DNA of 64,000 bases from Flavobacteriales bacterium. GTDB taxonomy: Bacteria; Bacteroidota; Bacteroidia; Palsa-965. Positions 30,515 to 40,446 of the stretch are shown here, one piece after another; position 1 is the first letter of the stretch; every line of letters starts with the position of its first letter. Location: positions 32,001-96,000 of the forward strand of contig JBEIPA010000004.1 of the NCBI GenBank assembly GCA_040377305.1. Direction: 5' to 3'. Both the position numbers and the translations under genes were made by a program. Below the pieces are notes generated by a model. It worked only from the letters and a program-made list of their open reading frames with translations, ran no database searches and was not told the DNA's origin.

Positions 30515-31346
30515 AGTCAAAGGCTACAAGAGTATGGCGGCCGCGCGCAATTTAATCGCATACGCCATGGATGACCGCAAACGGATCTTCGACAAGCAGG
30601 GACGGTCGTTTGTGCTGACCAATAATCTCAAAGGACAGACGATAGAGGAATGGACACGAGAATTCAAAGAGAATGAAACCTACCGCATACACAGGCGAAA
30701 GAACAACGTCAAGATAACCCAGGAGATAATCGCATTTCACCGAGGCGATGCGAAAATGCTCTCGTTAAAAAAGATGGAGAAGATCGCACGCGAGTACATG
30801 CGCTTGCGAAATCCAAACGCAATGTATGTTGCAGTTCCTCACTTTGATAAAGAACATCCGCATATTCATATTGTCGCGGCTGCGGTCGAGTATCGCTCTG
30901 GGAAATCCTTGCACATGAGCAGGAGACAATTCGTCCAACTCAAAAAAGATATTCAAGTATACCAGATTGAGAAATATCCAGAGCTTGCGCGGTCGGTGGT
31001 AAGACATGGGAGGAAAAAGAAAGCTCGGGTGACGGATAAAGAATATCAAATGAAGTTACGGACTGGCAAGAAAACAACCCGGGAGGAAGTGATTGATCTT
31101 GTTTCCTCTTTCGTAGCTGCTGCGACCTCACAGGAAGACGCACATATGCGATTGCATACATCCAATCTTCAAATGTATCAACGAGGGAACAAAACGAGTG
31201 GAATCATATACAAAGGCAAGAAGTACCGCTTCAAAAGTCTGGGGTTCGATCTTCAAAAAATAGGAGTGCCGGAAAAAGAAGTGAGGAAAAACATGATACA
31301 TCCAGCTAGTAGGGGTAAAAGCGATATGAGCCGTCGCGCTCTTTGA
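30504..31346 (+). CDS. Relaxase (MOBP/VirD2-like)
   Basis: N-terminal LIAY Tyr, QEIIAF and HUH motif HFDKEHPHIHIV. Confidence 0.9.
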   Translation: MIVKVKGYKSMAAARNLIAYAMDDRKRIFDKQGRSFVLTNNLKGQTIEEWTREFKENETYRIHRRKNNVKITQEIIAFHRGDAKMLSLKKMEKIAREYMRLRNPNAMYVAVPHFDKEHPHIHIVAAAVEYRSGKSLHMSRRQFVQLKKDIQVYQIEKYPELARSVVRHGRKKKARVTDKEYQMKLRTGKKTTREEVIDLVSSFVAAATSQEDAHMRLHTSNLQMYQRGNKTSGIIYKGKKYRFKSLGFDLQKIGVPEKEVRKNMIHPASRGKSDMSRRAL

Positions 31347-31486
31347 TGCATAGGAATGCGAATCCTTCCCACAAATAAGGAACTTAATAGTTAATTGACA
31401 TTCAAGTGCCCACATGCAAGAATATTTGCATATCATATGTATTTTTCTATACTTTAGACGTAACTATAATCAACAATTAACTCACC

Positions 31487-32188
31487 ATGACTGAACAGCC
31501 TCAAGAAAAGTCCTTTAAACTGTTAAGTGTTTTCACCGGCATATTTGTGGGCGTGCTTGTTTTAGTGCCGTCTATGTCATCAAAGTTCATAGCCATAGGT
31601 CCCTTAACTATTGTAGGCTCAACACTAATATTTCCGATAACATTCATTTTTGGAGATATACTTACGGAAGTATACGGCTATGCTCGGTCAAGACGGGTTA
31701 TTTGGACAGGTATGGCCATGCAGATTTTCGCAGCCCTTTTTTATTGGATAATCGACATTTCCCCTCATCCTGCCTTTTGGAATAATCAAGATGCTTATCA
31801 TTTGATTTTAGGTCAAGCGCCCAGAATAGTTTTAGCTAGTTTGACTGCATATTTTTTCGGAGAATTCGCCAATAGCTTCATCCTTTCAAAAATGAAATAT
31901 GCACAAGGAGGGAAGCGAGGACTCAAGCAAGGATGGCGTTATGTGGCATCCACAATCGTTGGAGAAGGTTTTGATTCCATCTTTTTTATGACCGTAGCGT
32001 TTGCTGGAGTAATAGCCACTCCTGATCTTATTACAACTATCCTGACGATTTGGGGGATAAAGGTGCTTTATGAAATCATCATGCTCCCTTTCAGTATTCC
32101 GTTTACCAACTGGATCAAAAAAATTGAGGGGATTGATCAAATTGATCAGCCCGAAAAAACAAACTACAATCCATTCAAACTTCAATAA
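31487..32188 (+). CDS. Queuosine precursor transporter (YhhQ/VUT family)
   Basis: FPITFIFGDILTEVYG, PRIVLASLTAY, RYVASTIVGEGFDS and KVLYE motifs. Confidence 0.92.
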   Translation: MTEQPQEKSFKLLSVFTGIFVGVLVLVPSMSSKFIAIGPLTIVGSTLIFPITFIFGDILTEVYGYARSRRVIWTGMAMQIFAALFYWIIDISPHPAFWNNQDAYHLILGQAPRIVLASLTAYFFGEFANSFILSKMKYAQGGKRGLKQGWRYVASTIVGEGFDSIFFMTVAFAGVIATPDLITTILTIWGIKVLYEIIMLPFSIPFTNWIKKIEGIDQIDQPEKTNYNPFKLQ

Positions 32189-32196
32189 GTTATCTG

Positions 32197-32874
32197 ATGA
32201 ATTTGAAATACGATATCCACCTTTCCGCATCCCAGATATCCCAGCAGACTATTGAGGCAATAGTGCAATTAGGATTTCAGCGGGATGAATTCGCCAACAA
32301 CACCAGGTGCGAAACTACCGCCTATCATGGAACATACAGGGGTTTAGAACTCCTTCCGAACGACTCCTTGTGGAGTAACCTTTGCAATATTTTGGACAAC
32401 GACCCTGAATTTATTGGCGGTCTTGAAGAGGAAGAATTCGATCCGACCGAAACGTTATTTTTCTCAGGTCGCGAATCTAGTTTCCAAAACATCTTTCCAA
32501 AAATGCTTACAGAACAGCCCCCTCCTAACGTATATAAGGCTTGTGATATTCACATCAGCATTGATCTTGAAAAATCTAATTCTGCTAACTTAAAATATTT
32601 GGAGGCTTTAGAAGTTGCATCTTTTGACAAACCTAAAGACGGAGTAATCCATAGAATCTTTACCGTCACGTGCGAGTCAATTGATGACGGCCGTAAAGCA
32701 TATTTGATCATTGGTGATTACATAAAAAGCATCGGCAGTCTTATTGGTAAAATGAAATACGAAAAAACTGTTCGTTTTTATAGAAGGCCGGAAACCGCAT
32801 ACACGCTCCCCTTAACTAATAAAAGATCTTTTCAAATGTGGTTGAACCAACTTGAGTTGAGCCATGCTGAATAA
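32197..32874 (+). CDS. Unknown protein with a duplicated D-I-H-x-S domain (putative metalloenzyme)
   Basis: Internal repeat: YDIHLS...GGLEEE and CDIHIS...GKMKYE. Confidence 0.7.
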   Translation: MNLKYDIHLSASQISQQTIEAIVQLGFQRDEFANNTRCETTAYHGTYRGLELLPNDSLWSNLCNILDNDPEFIGGLEEEEFDPTETLFFSGRESSFQNIFPKMLTEQPPPNVYKACDIHISIDLEKSNSANLKYLEALEVASFDKPKDGVIHRIFTVTCESIDDGRKAYLIIGDYIKSIGSLIGKMKYEKTVRFYRRPETAYTLPLTNKRSFQMWLNQLELSHAE

Positions 32875-34174
32875 AACTACGCGCAAACTATTTATTGGAT
32901 CATCTAATGAAGCATTGCCGATAGCGCTGGAGTTGAAAAAAATCATTCAGGTCAAATTCAAAGACTCCCTTGAGGTTAAAGTTTGGAAAGAGACAAAATG
33001 GAAAAGTCTAGTCTCAGTTCTTGACAATCTCAGTAATAATCTTGATGAATTTTATTATGCGATCTTCATCTGCCATCCTGACGATATTGTACACGCACGG
33101 AATAAAATGTTTTATACTTCCCGCGACAATGTGCTTTTTGAGTTTGGATTATTTTTTTCACGACTAGGAAAAGATAGGGCCTTTCTGCTTCTCCCTGGGC
33201 ACCTAAACTACGATTCACAAATTCCCTTAGCAATTCAGGCGCTAGACTCCACAAAAGAGATTTCGTTTAAACTTCTTACTGATATTGGAGAAAGTCTTAT
33301 CACTTATAGAATCGATCTTAACTATAAACTCGCCAAGGCAAAGTCCAATTCGGGTAAATACGAGCGTTATGATCTTTGGAAGCCTGCTCATCTCAAAAGA
33401 GATGTAAATCCTCTTTTGAGCGTCATTTCAGAGGAAGAAAAAAAATACAATTCCAAGAAGCCACTGTTGGAAACGGAATTGATTTCTAAAGGTCAGAATA
33501 TTGTTAACGCTATTAAAGTATCTGACGATAAGCCAGATCAGTTTTTTATTAATAAGCTCTCCAACGAATTACAATCCTTGATTTATACTCGATCAATAGT
33601 ATCGGAGAAATCTGTGTCAGATACAACTATTGATATCGTTGGTCTCATATGTAAGTTCAAAGATTTCTTAGATATAGAACAACTGGTGAAGGCGCAGCAC
33701 TTTTCAAAAATTAAGGAAGTTTGGGTCTTTGCGGACAGCCCCATCGAGTTTTCTCAGCAAACGGATAAGCGAAAGAAAAAACTACTCCTAAAAACTATCC
33801 TGTGCAATTTGGAAAAGCGGGTAAAGTATACTTACATAGTTAATCAGCATTTTGACGTAGCGACAATTGATGATCTTTTCAAGGGACTGTCCAAAGCAAA
33901 ACAAAAAGTCCTTAAAAATCGGATTACTATCATTAAAGTTGATTCAAAATATTTTAAAACATTTTTCACAATTCACTTTCTTAAAGATAATCCGAGTACT
34001 CCGGGCAATATATATATGAGCGCATTATTACCCGATAGGGACGATCTTTTAATTCAGATTGCGCAGAAAATTCATTTTAACCGGATATTTGAGCGAATAA
34101 AAAAACTCGTAGGTTACCGGCATCCCCATGGGCCCTACAATGTAAGGGATCACGTCGTGAGGGACGTTCAGTAA
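32864..34174 (+). CDS. CAP12/Pycsar-type TIR-domain protein with an unknown C-terminal domain
   Basis: LFIGSSNE, AIFICHPDD and RDNVLFEFGLF (catalytic Glu present). Confidence 0.88.
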   Translation: MLNKTTRKLFIGSSNEALPIALELKKIIQVKFKDSLEVKVWKETKWKSLVSVLDNLSNNLDEFYYAIFICHPDDIVHARNKMFYTSRDNVLFEFGLFFSRLGKDRAFLLLPGHLNYDSQIPLAIQALDSTKEISFKLLTDIGESLITYRIDLNYKLAKAKSNSGKYERYDLWKPAHLKRDVNPLLSVISEEEKKYNSKKPLLETELISKGQNIVNAIKVSDDKPDQFFINKLSNELQSLIYTRSIVSEKSVSDTTIDIVGLICKFKDFLDIEQLVKAQHFSKIKEVWVFADSPIEFSQQTDKRKKKLLLKTILCNLEKRVKYTYIVNQHFDVATIDDLFKGLSKAKQKVLKNRITIIKVDSKYFKTFFTIHFLKDNPSTPGNIYMSALLPDRDDLLIQIAQKIHFNRIFERIKKLVGYRHPHGPYNVRDHVVRDVQ

Positions 34175-34390
34175 CCCTAGGGACAAAGATTTCATTCAAT
34201 TTATTTAGTATGCCTACAGAACGCATAGTATAGGACTTGCTCGCTTGTCCTTTATGTTTGCTTTAGCCTAGGGGGCCGGGGGACAGGCAAAGTCCACCGC
34301 AAGATCGCGTTTGCAACAGTGAAATGACGAATGTCTGAACTGTGCAAACGCAATCTTGCGGAACGTAGTGATTGAAAAGATGTTCAATAG

Positions 34391-34897
34391 TTACCTGCGA
34401 CTGACTGCCAGATTCGTGGAGGTGGAATCAATGAAAAGAATCTTGTCTCCTTTACTTAATCTAACAATCATCTTTACCCGCGCTATAGGAAATGTATCGT
34501 TCAGTTGTGTGCTAACCGCAAAAACGTTTCGTGAGTCGATTTGGAAATTATCCATAGGATACACTTTATTGTTCGCATAAATTTCTCCACTAAACGTTGC
34601 ACTGTCTCCGTTTAAGCATACTCCATAGAGATACAAGGTCTGTCCTTGTATGAAGCTAAGCTGGGCTGTTGGTGTGGGGTTCACTATTCTAATAAAATTG
34701 GTCTCCATGGGGTCGCTCATGCTATTTTTAAAAACATACACCGAAGAAAGAGCAATCTCTATCACAACAACATAAAACAATCTAGTTCTGAACGGTTCAG
34801 ATATGTTGATCACTTTTACTAATGACAATACAGCGATCACTGCTGTGCACACGAAAACAAATACGCAAGTCCAAATAATCACTTCGGTTGGAGTCAT
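34391..34897 (-). CDS. Two-TM membrane protein with an Ig-like C-terminus
   Basis: Two hydrophobic helices followed by a beta-rich domain. Confidence 0.6.
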   Translation of the reverse strand: MTPTEVIIWTCVFVFVCTAVIAVLSLVKVINISEPFRTRLFYVVVIEIALSSVYVFKNSMSDPMETNFIRIVNPTPTAQLSFIQGQTLYLYGVCLNGDSATFSGEIYANNKVYPMDNFQIDSRNVFAVSTQLNDTFPIARVKMIVRLSKGDKILFIDSTSTNLAVSRR

Positions 34898-34919
34898 TTT
34901 GCAGGGGCTTATTTTTCGC

Positions 34920-35726
34920 TTAAGAAAGGTTGAGACTTACTTCGATGGGCTTCGTAGATTTTGTTTCATGCTTCCAGAAGAGTCCGCGATCCACTTTCAA
35001 TACGCCATGAAGTTTCATTCTCATGGACGTTGTTCCTTTAGGAACGGCAATCGTTTGAACTAATAATTGATCCCCGAGTAAGGGCGTCTTGTCTTCATCC
35101 GGATTGAGAACCCAGCTGCATTTGTTCGATGCTATGCCAATGGAATGCACGACAGGGAATTTTAGGCTGTATGTAAACTTGCCTACGAAGTTCGCGTTTG
35201 CAGAGAGCTGGATCTGCATATCACCACCTAAGGAAATGTATTTCTGAGTAAGTGTACTCAATAAATTAGGTGGGACTTTGCCTGAAACGTTTCCACTTGC
35301 TGTCATTGCTCCTTCGAAATTGACATTCGCTTTCAATACCTCTTTAAAACGCGTGTTGGGTATAAGGTCAATAGTCTGCGCATCGTCCATTCCAATTACT
35401 TCTGCATGGTATTGTATCTCATCCACATCCGCCCTGCCTTCCGTACGGATGGCTCCAACACCGTGAACGATCGTGTATATGTCACTCTTTTCAAAGAGGA
35501 TCTGCGTCTCTGGGGGCAGTACTGCGTTTGACAGCTCCAGAAGACGTTTGAGATTACGTACAATAGGCTCGTTTCCAATTCTCATTTTAATACCGATCAC
35601 TTCTGATTCGCCTTCAATGTTTTTAAGCGTGGAAAAGGCTTTTGTGTGAAAAATTTCCTTAAGGTGTTGGGATTTTTGTAAATCCAATTTTTCAGTAAAT
35701 AACATTTCTTCTTCTAGAAATTTCAT
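34920..35726 (-). CDS. Beta-rich hypothetical protein
   Basis: 268-aa ORF with no signal peptide. Confidence 0.7.
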   Translation of the reverse strand: MKFLEEEMLFTEKLDLQKSQHLKEIFHTKAFSTLKNIEGESEVIGIKMRIGNEPIVRNLKRLLELSNAVLPPETQILFEKSDIYTIVHGVGAIRTEGRADVDEIQYHAEVIGMDDAQTIDLIPNTRFKEVLKANVNFEGAMTASGNVSGKVPPNLLSTLTQKYISLGGDMQIQLSANANFVGKFTYSLKFPVVHSIGIASNKCSWVLNPDEDKTPLLGDQLLVQTIAVPKGTTSMRMKLHGVLKVDRGLFWKHETKSTKPIEVSLNLS

Positions 35727-35888
35727 GTCGTTGGGATTTTAGAGTTATAATTAGGATTAAGATTTTAAAACTATATGCAGCGATGATTGTTACTCGCTCG
35801 ATTCTGAATTGGTCTCTTGACACGAAAACAAAATTGCTGACCACTGCGCTCTACCGAAATAGAAGCGCTCCGGCCGAGCACGTTTCAC

Positions 35889-36365
35889 TTAGTCGGGAAG
35901 ATTAAACCGCTTTTGTACGCTTTTGTAATCATTCCAATCCAATTCAGGATTTGCAATCCTCTGCGATCCTGAAACGGCAACGGCTCTTATGGTCCAAGTT
36001 CCTGGAGCACCCGGTTGTAACAAGTCATCATCCTGCACGATGAGCTGAAAGTTGCCCGTGCGAAAAGTGTATCGTTGACTCTGCGCATAATCATAGACCG
36101 TTCCGCTCAACATAATAGTCCGCGGCAGCGGCGCCCAAGCGCCATTGGTTGTTTTCAAATACAGGTGCAGCATTCCTTTATCAGCAACATCAGCGGTGAT
36201 CTCACTCCATGAGACATCTGAAAATAGCAGTTTGCTATTGCTGTCCCACGTCCACCCGGAAACAGTAAACGTATTCTGTTCCATCGTAGGAGCAGCTGTG
36301 TCCTTCTTGCATCCACTGAATGCAAACGTGATTAAGAGAGTTGCAAAAAATATTCCAGTCTTCAT
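35889..36365 (-). CDS. Lipoprotein
   Basis: Lipobox FSGC followed by KKD. Confidence 0.75.
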   Translation of the reverse strand: MKTGIFFATLLITFAFSGCKKDTAAPTMEQNTFTVSGWTWDSNSKLLFSDVSWSEITADVADKGMLHLYLKTTNGAWAPLPRTIMLSGTVYDYAQSQRYTFRTGNFQLIVQDDDLLQPGAPGTWTIRAVAVSGSQRIANPELDWNDYKSVQKRFNLPD

Positions 36366-36378
36366 TGTTGTTCGGAGA

Positions 36379-36570
36379 TTACCGTGAATTGCTGGGCTGA
36401 CTATTAGTCTTATTAAATTCCATAACGTCAGAAGGCCCTTCGCAGCTCTTGAGGCCGAATACCGCAGCGATTACCGCAACGAGTATTCCGAATACAAGCG
36501 TACCGGTACGTTTACCGATTTCACCGCCCATGCCCTCCTTGAAGCTGTCGTTAAAAGACTTCTTAGTCAT
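36379..36570 (-). CDS. Small single-TM protein
   Basis: 63 aa with one hydrophobic helix; co-oriented with the lipoprotein gene. Confidence 0.55.
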   Translation of the reverse strand: MTKKSFNDSFKEGMGGEIGKRTGTLVFGILVAVIAAVFGLKSCEGPSDVMEFNKTNSQPSNSR

Positions 36571-36980
36571 CGATAAATGTTTGTGAAGAAAATTGAATCA
36601 GCGCTGTTGAGCCAAATGTAGAATTGCCGCTATATACAACGCAAGATTTATACACCGATTAAAAACACCAGTATAAAACCAGCCATTACCCCCGTAAAAA
36701 CACCTGTAAAACCCCGTATAAATACGGGGGTATATTTACGCTTATATACTTTAATTAGTTAACAACTAGCAATTTGCATGTTGCGTATGATTTTCCATTT
36801 TTATTGGGAATTAAATATGAGTGAAGGGCCTTTTAATATACTGTCATTGCTAGTTGATAATTGAATTATGTTTGCTTTGCTGATAGTTCAGAAGCCACTG
36901 CACCTGCCAAGAGTTAAGATGCCGCCGAAATCTCAAGGATTCCGTGGTATAGTTTTGTTCAATCCCTATTGATCGTAATA

Positions 36981-38729
36981 ATGAAACTACTTTACATAGA
37001 CATCCAAAACTTCCGCGGCATCTCCAGTGCGCACATTGAATTTAATGGCCATACTGTTTTGATCGGCGACAATAATGCAGGTAAGTCTACGGTGTTTGAA
37101 GCTATTGATCTTGTGCTTGGTCCTGATCGGTTAAACCGGATGCCACCAATCGATGAACACGACTTCCATGGTGGTAACTATTATATTCCTGGAGGTGAGA
37201 ATCCAAAAATTCGCATCGAGGTCCTAATCGTTGATCTTAGTGTTGAGCAGAAGCGACATTTCAGTAATCATCTTGAATACTGGGATCACGCAAAGGGACT
37301 GATTGTAGTGGAAGGAGAGATTGAAAAAGTAGATAAGGAAACAACGGAGGAAGCGCTACGCGTTGAGTTTGTCGGACATTACAGCGAAGAAGATGACGAC
37401 TTTATTGGGGAAACACACTTTTGTTCTCCGAAAGTCGATAGCGGTACTCCAACGAGATTCGGGAAAACAGATAAGCGAGAGTGCGGATTTCTCTACTTGC
37501 GTGCGCTCCGCACTGGCATGCGTGCACTCAGTATGGAGCGCGGCTCGTTGTTGGATGTCATACTGCGCATTCGCGAAGTCCGACCGAAGATGTGGGAAAG
37601 CGTACTGGAACAATTGCGTCAAACGGACGTGGCTACGGATCCAGCCGCTGGAGTTAATGATATCCTTGTGGGAATACAATCCGCTCTAAAAGAATTCGTA
37701 CCTGCGGACTGGGGAACAGAGCCCCACTTGCGCGTCTCCGATTTGACGCGCGAACATTTACGCAAGACGCTGACAATTTTCATGTCAACGAGCAGTTCGG
37801 GCTATGCCGCACCGTTTTACCATCAAGGCATGGGAACAATCAACACAATGGTGCTTGCATTGCTGTCTATGATCGCGGATGAGAAGAAGAACGTGATCTT
37901 CGCGATGGAGGAACCTGAAATCGCGATTCCACCATACACACAGAAACGGATTATTACTAGCATTCGATCAAAATCAACCCAGGCGATATTCTCTTCGCAT
38001 TCACCATTCGTGCTCGAAGAATTTCCACCAGAGAACATCATACTGGTCCGTAGAGATTCCCAAGGAGTGCTGACAAGTCAGCCTGTATCGTTTCTAGCAG
38101 GTGTAAAACCCAAAGCCTACAGCAATGAGTTTCGACTGCGGTTTGCTGAAGCATTACTTGCGAAGCGAATATTGATTACGGAAGGTGCAACAGAAGCAGC
38201 GGCATATCCTGCCGCCGCTCGCCGGCTAAATGAGCTCGCCCCAATGGCTTACTCATCACTAGAAGCATTAGGCGTAGCAATTTTTGACGCGCAATCTGAC
38301 AGCAGCATCGCAAAAATGGGGGAGTACTTCACTAATCTCGGCAAAACAGTCCTTGCTGTATTTGATAAACAAACCGACGAAGCATCGAAGCTGATCCGTG
38401 AGAAAGTCGCACACCCATACGAATCTGCGTATAAGGGATTCGAAGATTTACTTCTTACTGAAATGCCGATCGAATTACTGCGACAATACTATACCGAGAT
38501 CGGCAAGGAATGGCCGACTAGTATTCCTGCCGCAAAAAATGACGATGACGCGGATTTGAAACGCGCGTTAGGAGAGTATTTGCGCTGGAAAAAAGGCGCA
38601 CAAGCCGCGGCAGAGCTTATTAGTATGTGCACGGACGCAATGCAGATTCCAGCATCGATACGGTCAACCATTGGCGACATTGAGACTGTCCTTACACCGA
38701 GACCCAATGAGCAATCTTCTGCCGTTTAA
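36981..38729 (+). CDS. OLD-family ATP-dependent nuclease (GajA-like)
   Basis: IQNFRGI, GDNNAGKST, MEEPE and SHSP; TOPRIM ITEGATE and VFDKQTD. Confidence 0.9.
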   Translation: MKLLYIDIQNFRGISSAHIEFNGHTVLIGDNNAGKSTVFEAIDLVLGPDRLNRMPPIDEHDFHGGNYYIPGGENPKIRIEVLIVDLSVEQKRHFSNHLEYWDHAKGLIVVEGEIEKVDKETTEEALRVEFVGHYSEEDDDFIGETHFCSPKVDSGTPTRFGKTDKRECGFLYLRALRTGMRALSMERGSLLDVILRIREVRPKMWESVLEQLRQTDVATDPAAGVNDILVGIQSALKEFVPADWGTEPHLRVSDLTREHLRKTLTIFMSTSSSGYAAPFYHQGMGTINTMVLALLSMIADEKKNVIFAMEEPEIAIPPYTQKRIITSIRSKSTQAIFSSHSPFVLEEFPPENIILVRRDSQGVLTSQPVSFLAGVKPKAYSNEFRLRFAEALLAKRILITEGATEAAAYPAAARRLNELAPMAYSSLEALGVAIFDAQSDSSIAKMGEYFTNLGKTVLAVFDKQTDEASKLIREKVAHPYESAYKGFEDLLLTEMPIELLRQYYTEIGKEWPTSIPAAKNDDDADLKRALGEYLRWKKGAQAAAELISMCTDAMQIPASIRSTIGDIETVLTPRPNEQSSAV

Positions 38730-40431
38730 CCTCGACGTAAAGCGTACCGAGATTCTCTCGACCGATGGGCATCTGCTGGTAGAGGGCGGTCCCGGATCAG
38801 GGAAAACAACAATCGCGTTACTGAAGGCAAAGGAACTCATTGCGGGAGGCAGGCTCGAGCGCGGTCAGAAAATTCTGTTTCTGAGTTTTGCTCGCGCCAC
38901 TGTCTCGCGTGTAGAAGAGCAAGCAGGCAATCTCATTACAGCCGAACATAAGAAGCACGTCGAGGTGAACACGTATCACGGTTTTACCTGGCAGCTGATA
39001 CAGACATTCGGTTATCTCGTACGCAAGTTTCGATCATTCAAGCTTCTCACTCCACCCCATCTGCAAGCATTGTCGAGCAACATCGAGAAAATGCATCGAG
39101 ATGATTTCAAGCGCACGTTGCTTGCGGACCAAGGTCTTCTTTGCTTCGATCTCTTCTGCGAACTCGCTAGTGAAATCCTGCAGAAGTCCAAGCGCATACG
39201 GACGCTTCTTTCAAGCAAATATCCGTACATCATTGTCGACGAGTTTCAGGACACGGATTCTCACGAATGGGCATTTATCAAATTATTTGGCGAGCAGAGC
39301 ACGGTCTTCGCGCTCGCCGATTTGAACCAACGGATATTTGAATTCCGTGGAGCATCAATCACGCGCATTCCTGAATTTAAGGAGACATTCAAGGGTGTTC
39401 ATTTTGACTTAGGTAGTGAGAACAACAGGAGCGGGGACACCGACATCGCCGTGTTCGGCGATGATCTTTTGACTGGCGCGAACAAAGGGAAAACGTACAC
39501 TGATGTAAAGGTGATTCAATATTTATTTCACAAAACAGATCACTTTTTCTATTTGAAAATCATGCTCGCACAACGAATTCGCGAATTAAAAAAGAAGCAC
39601 CCAGATAATAAATGGTCCTTAGCCATTTTAGTGCGAGGGAAAAAGGATACGCTCCAAATCTCGTCCTACCTCTCTACATGTTCGACGCCAGGTCCTTTTT
39701 ATCACGAGGTAATGATTGATCCAGCCGGGCCAGCGCTCGCCGCACAGATCATTGCACGGTTACTCGAACCGCTTACTGATGCCGACAGCGCAAAAAAAAT
39801 CCTAATCCAAGATGTGCTCAATCACATCAAAGGTCATTCATCGCAACTCACTCAGAAAAGTTTAAAGTTTGCCGAAGGAATTGAGAAATATTTTATCGAA
39901 GGGAAGGTGCAGGGAAAGACCCGGCAACAGTTCCTCGAGGAGATAGATGATATATTGACCAAGCGTGAAGAGCTTAGATTAACAGGCAGCCCCGCCGTCG
40001 ACTGGCTCGCTGTTCGCAACTTATTCTCGGGGCGAGGGAGTGAATTTATCAGACATGTGCACGAAGATTCACAGTTCATCAAGCTATTAAAAAAAGGTGC
40101 GGTGCTAAGTGAGGGATTGGCTGAGGCGTGGCGAACTACAGGAGCGTATACTAATGCATTTCGTCTCATCGATGTTGCACTTACACAAGAACATTTCGCG
40201 GCTACATCGCGCAAGTGGGAAGGTATTTTCGTAATGAACGTACATAAGGCTAAAGGAAAAGAATTTGACGAAGTCCTTATGTGGGAGGCCCCGTATAAAA
40301 CCCTGGTAATCCCAGATAAAAACCAACAGGTATCTCATGCTGAACGAATCGTCATGCGCGTGGGCGTGACACGTGCACGGGAGAGGACCACTATATTAAC
40401 GCCACAATGGAGTCCATCAATAATCTTATAA
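38707..40431 (+). CDS. UvrD-like helicase (GajB-like)
   Basis: GGPGSGKTT, VDEFQD, QRIFEFRGA, HKAKGKEFD and VGVTRAR. Confidence 0.92.
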   Translation: MSNLLPFNLDVKRTEILSTDGHLLVEGGPGSGKTTIALLKAKELIAGGRLERGQKILFLSFARATVSRVEEQAGNLITAEHKKHVEVNTYHGFTWQLIQTFGYLVRKFRSFKLLTPPHLQALSSNIEKMHRDDFKRTLLADQGLLCFDLFCELASEILQKSKRIRTLLSSKYPYIIVDEFQDTDSHEWAFIKLFGEQSTVFALADLNQRIFEFRGASITRIPEFKETFKGVHFDLGSENNRSGDTDIAVFGDDLLTGANKGKTYTDVKVIQYLFHKTDHFFYLKIMLAQRIRELKKKHPDNKWSLAILVRGKKDTLQISSYLSTCSTPGPFYHEVMIDPAGPALAAQIIARLLEPLTDADSAKKILIQDVLNHIKGHSSQLTQKSLKFAEGIEKYFIEGKVQGKTRQQFLEEIDDILTKREELRLTGSPAVDWLAVRNLFSGRGSEFIRHVHEDSQFIKLLKKGAVLSEGLAEAWRTTGAYTNAFRLIDVALTQEHFAATSRKWEGIFVMNVHKAKGKEFDEVLMWEAPYKTLVIPDKNQQVSHAERIVMRVGVTRARERTTILTPQWSPSIIL

Positions 40432-40446
40432 AATAAACGTCGACAA

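Noticed and set aside
24754-32188. Functional link between integration in a Q-modified tRNA (Asn) and the queuosine-precursor transporter
   Set aside because: tRNA-Asn is a common integration target and nothing in the sequence ties the two together.
32864-34174. CBASS, Pycsar or Thoeris call for the TIR gene
   Set aside because: No nucleotide cyclase or ThsA is adjacent, and the C-domain is not recognisably STING, SAVED or cNMP-binding.
34920-35726. Bacterial gasdermin (similar size, defence context)
   Set aside because: No N-terminal Cys or gasdermin N-terminal pattern, and no adjacent protease gene.
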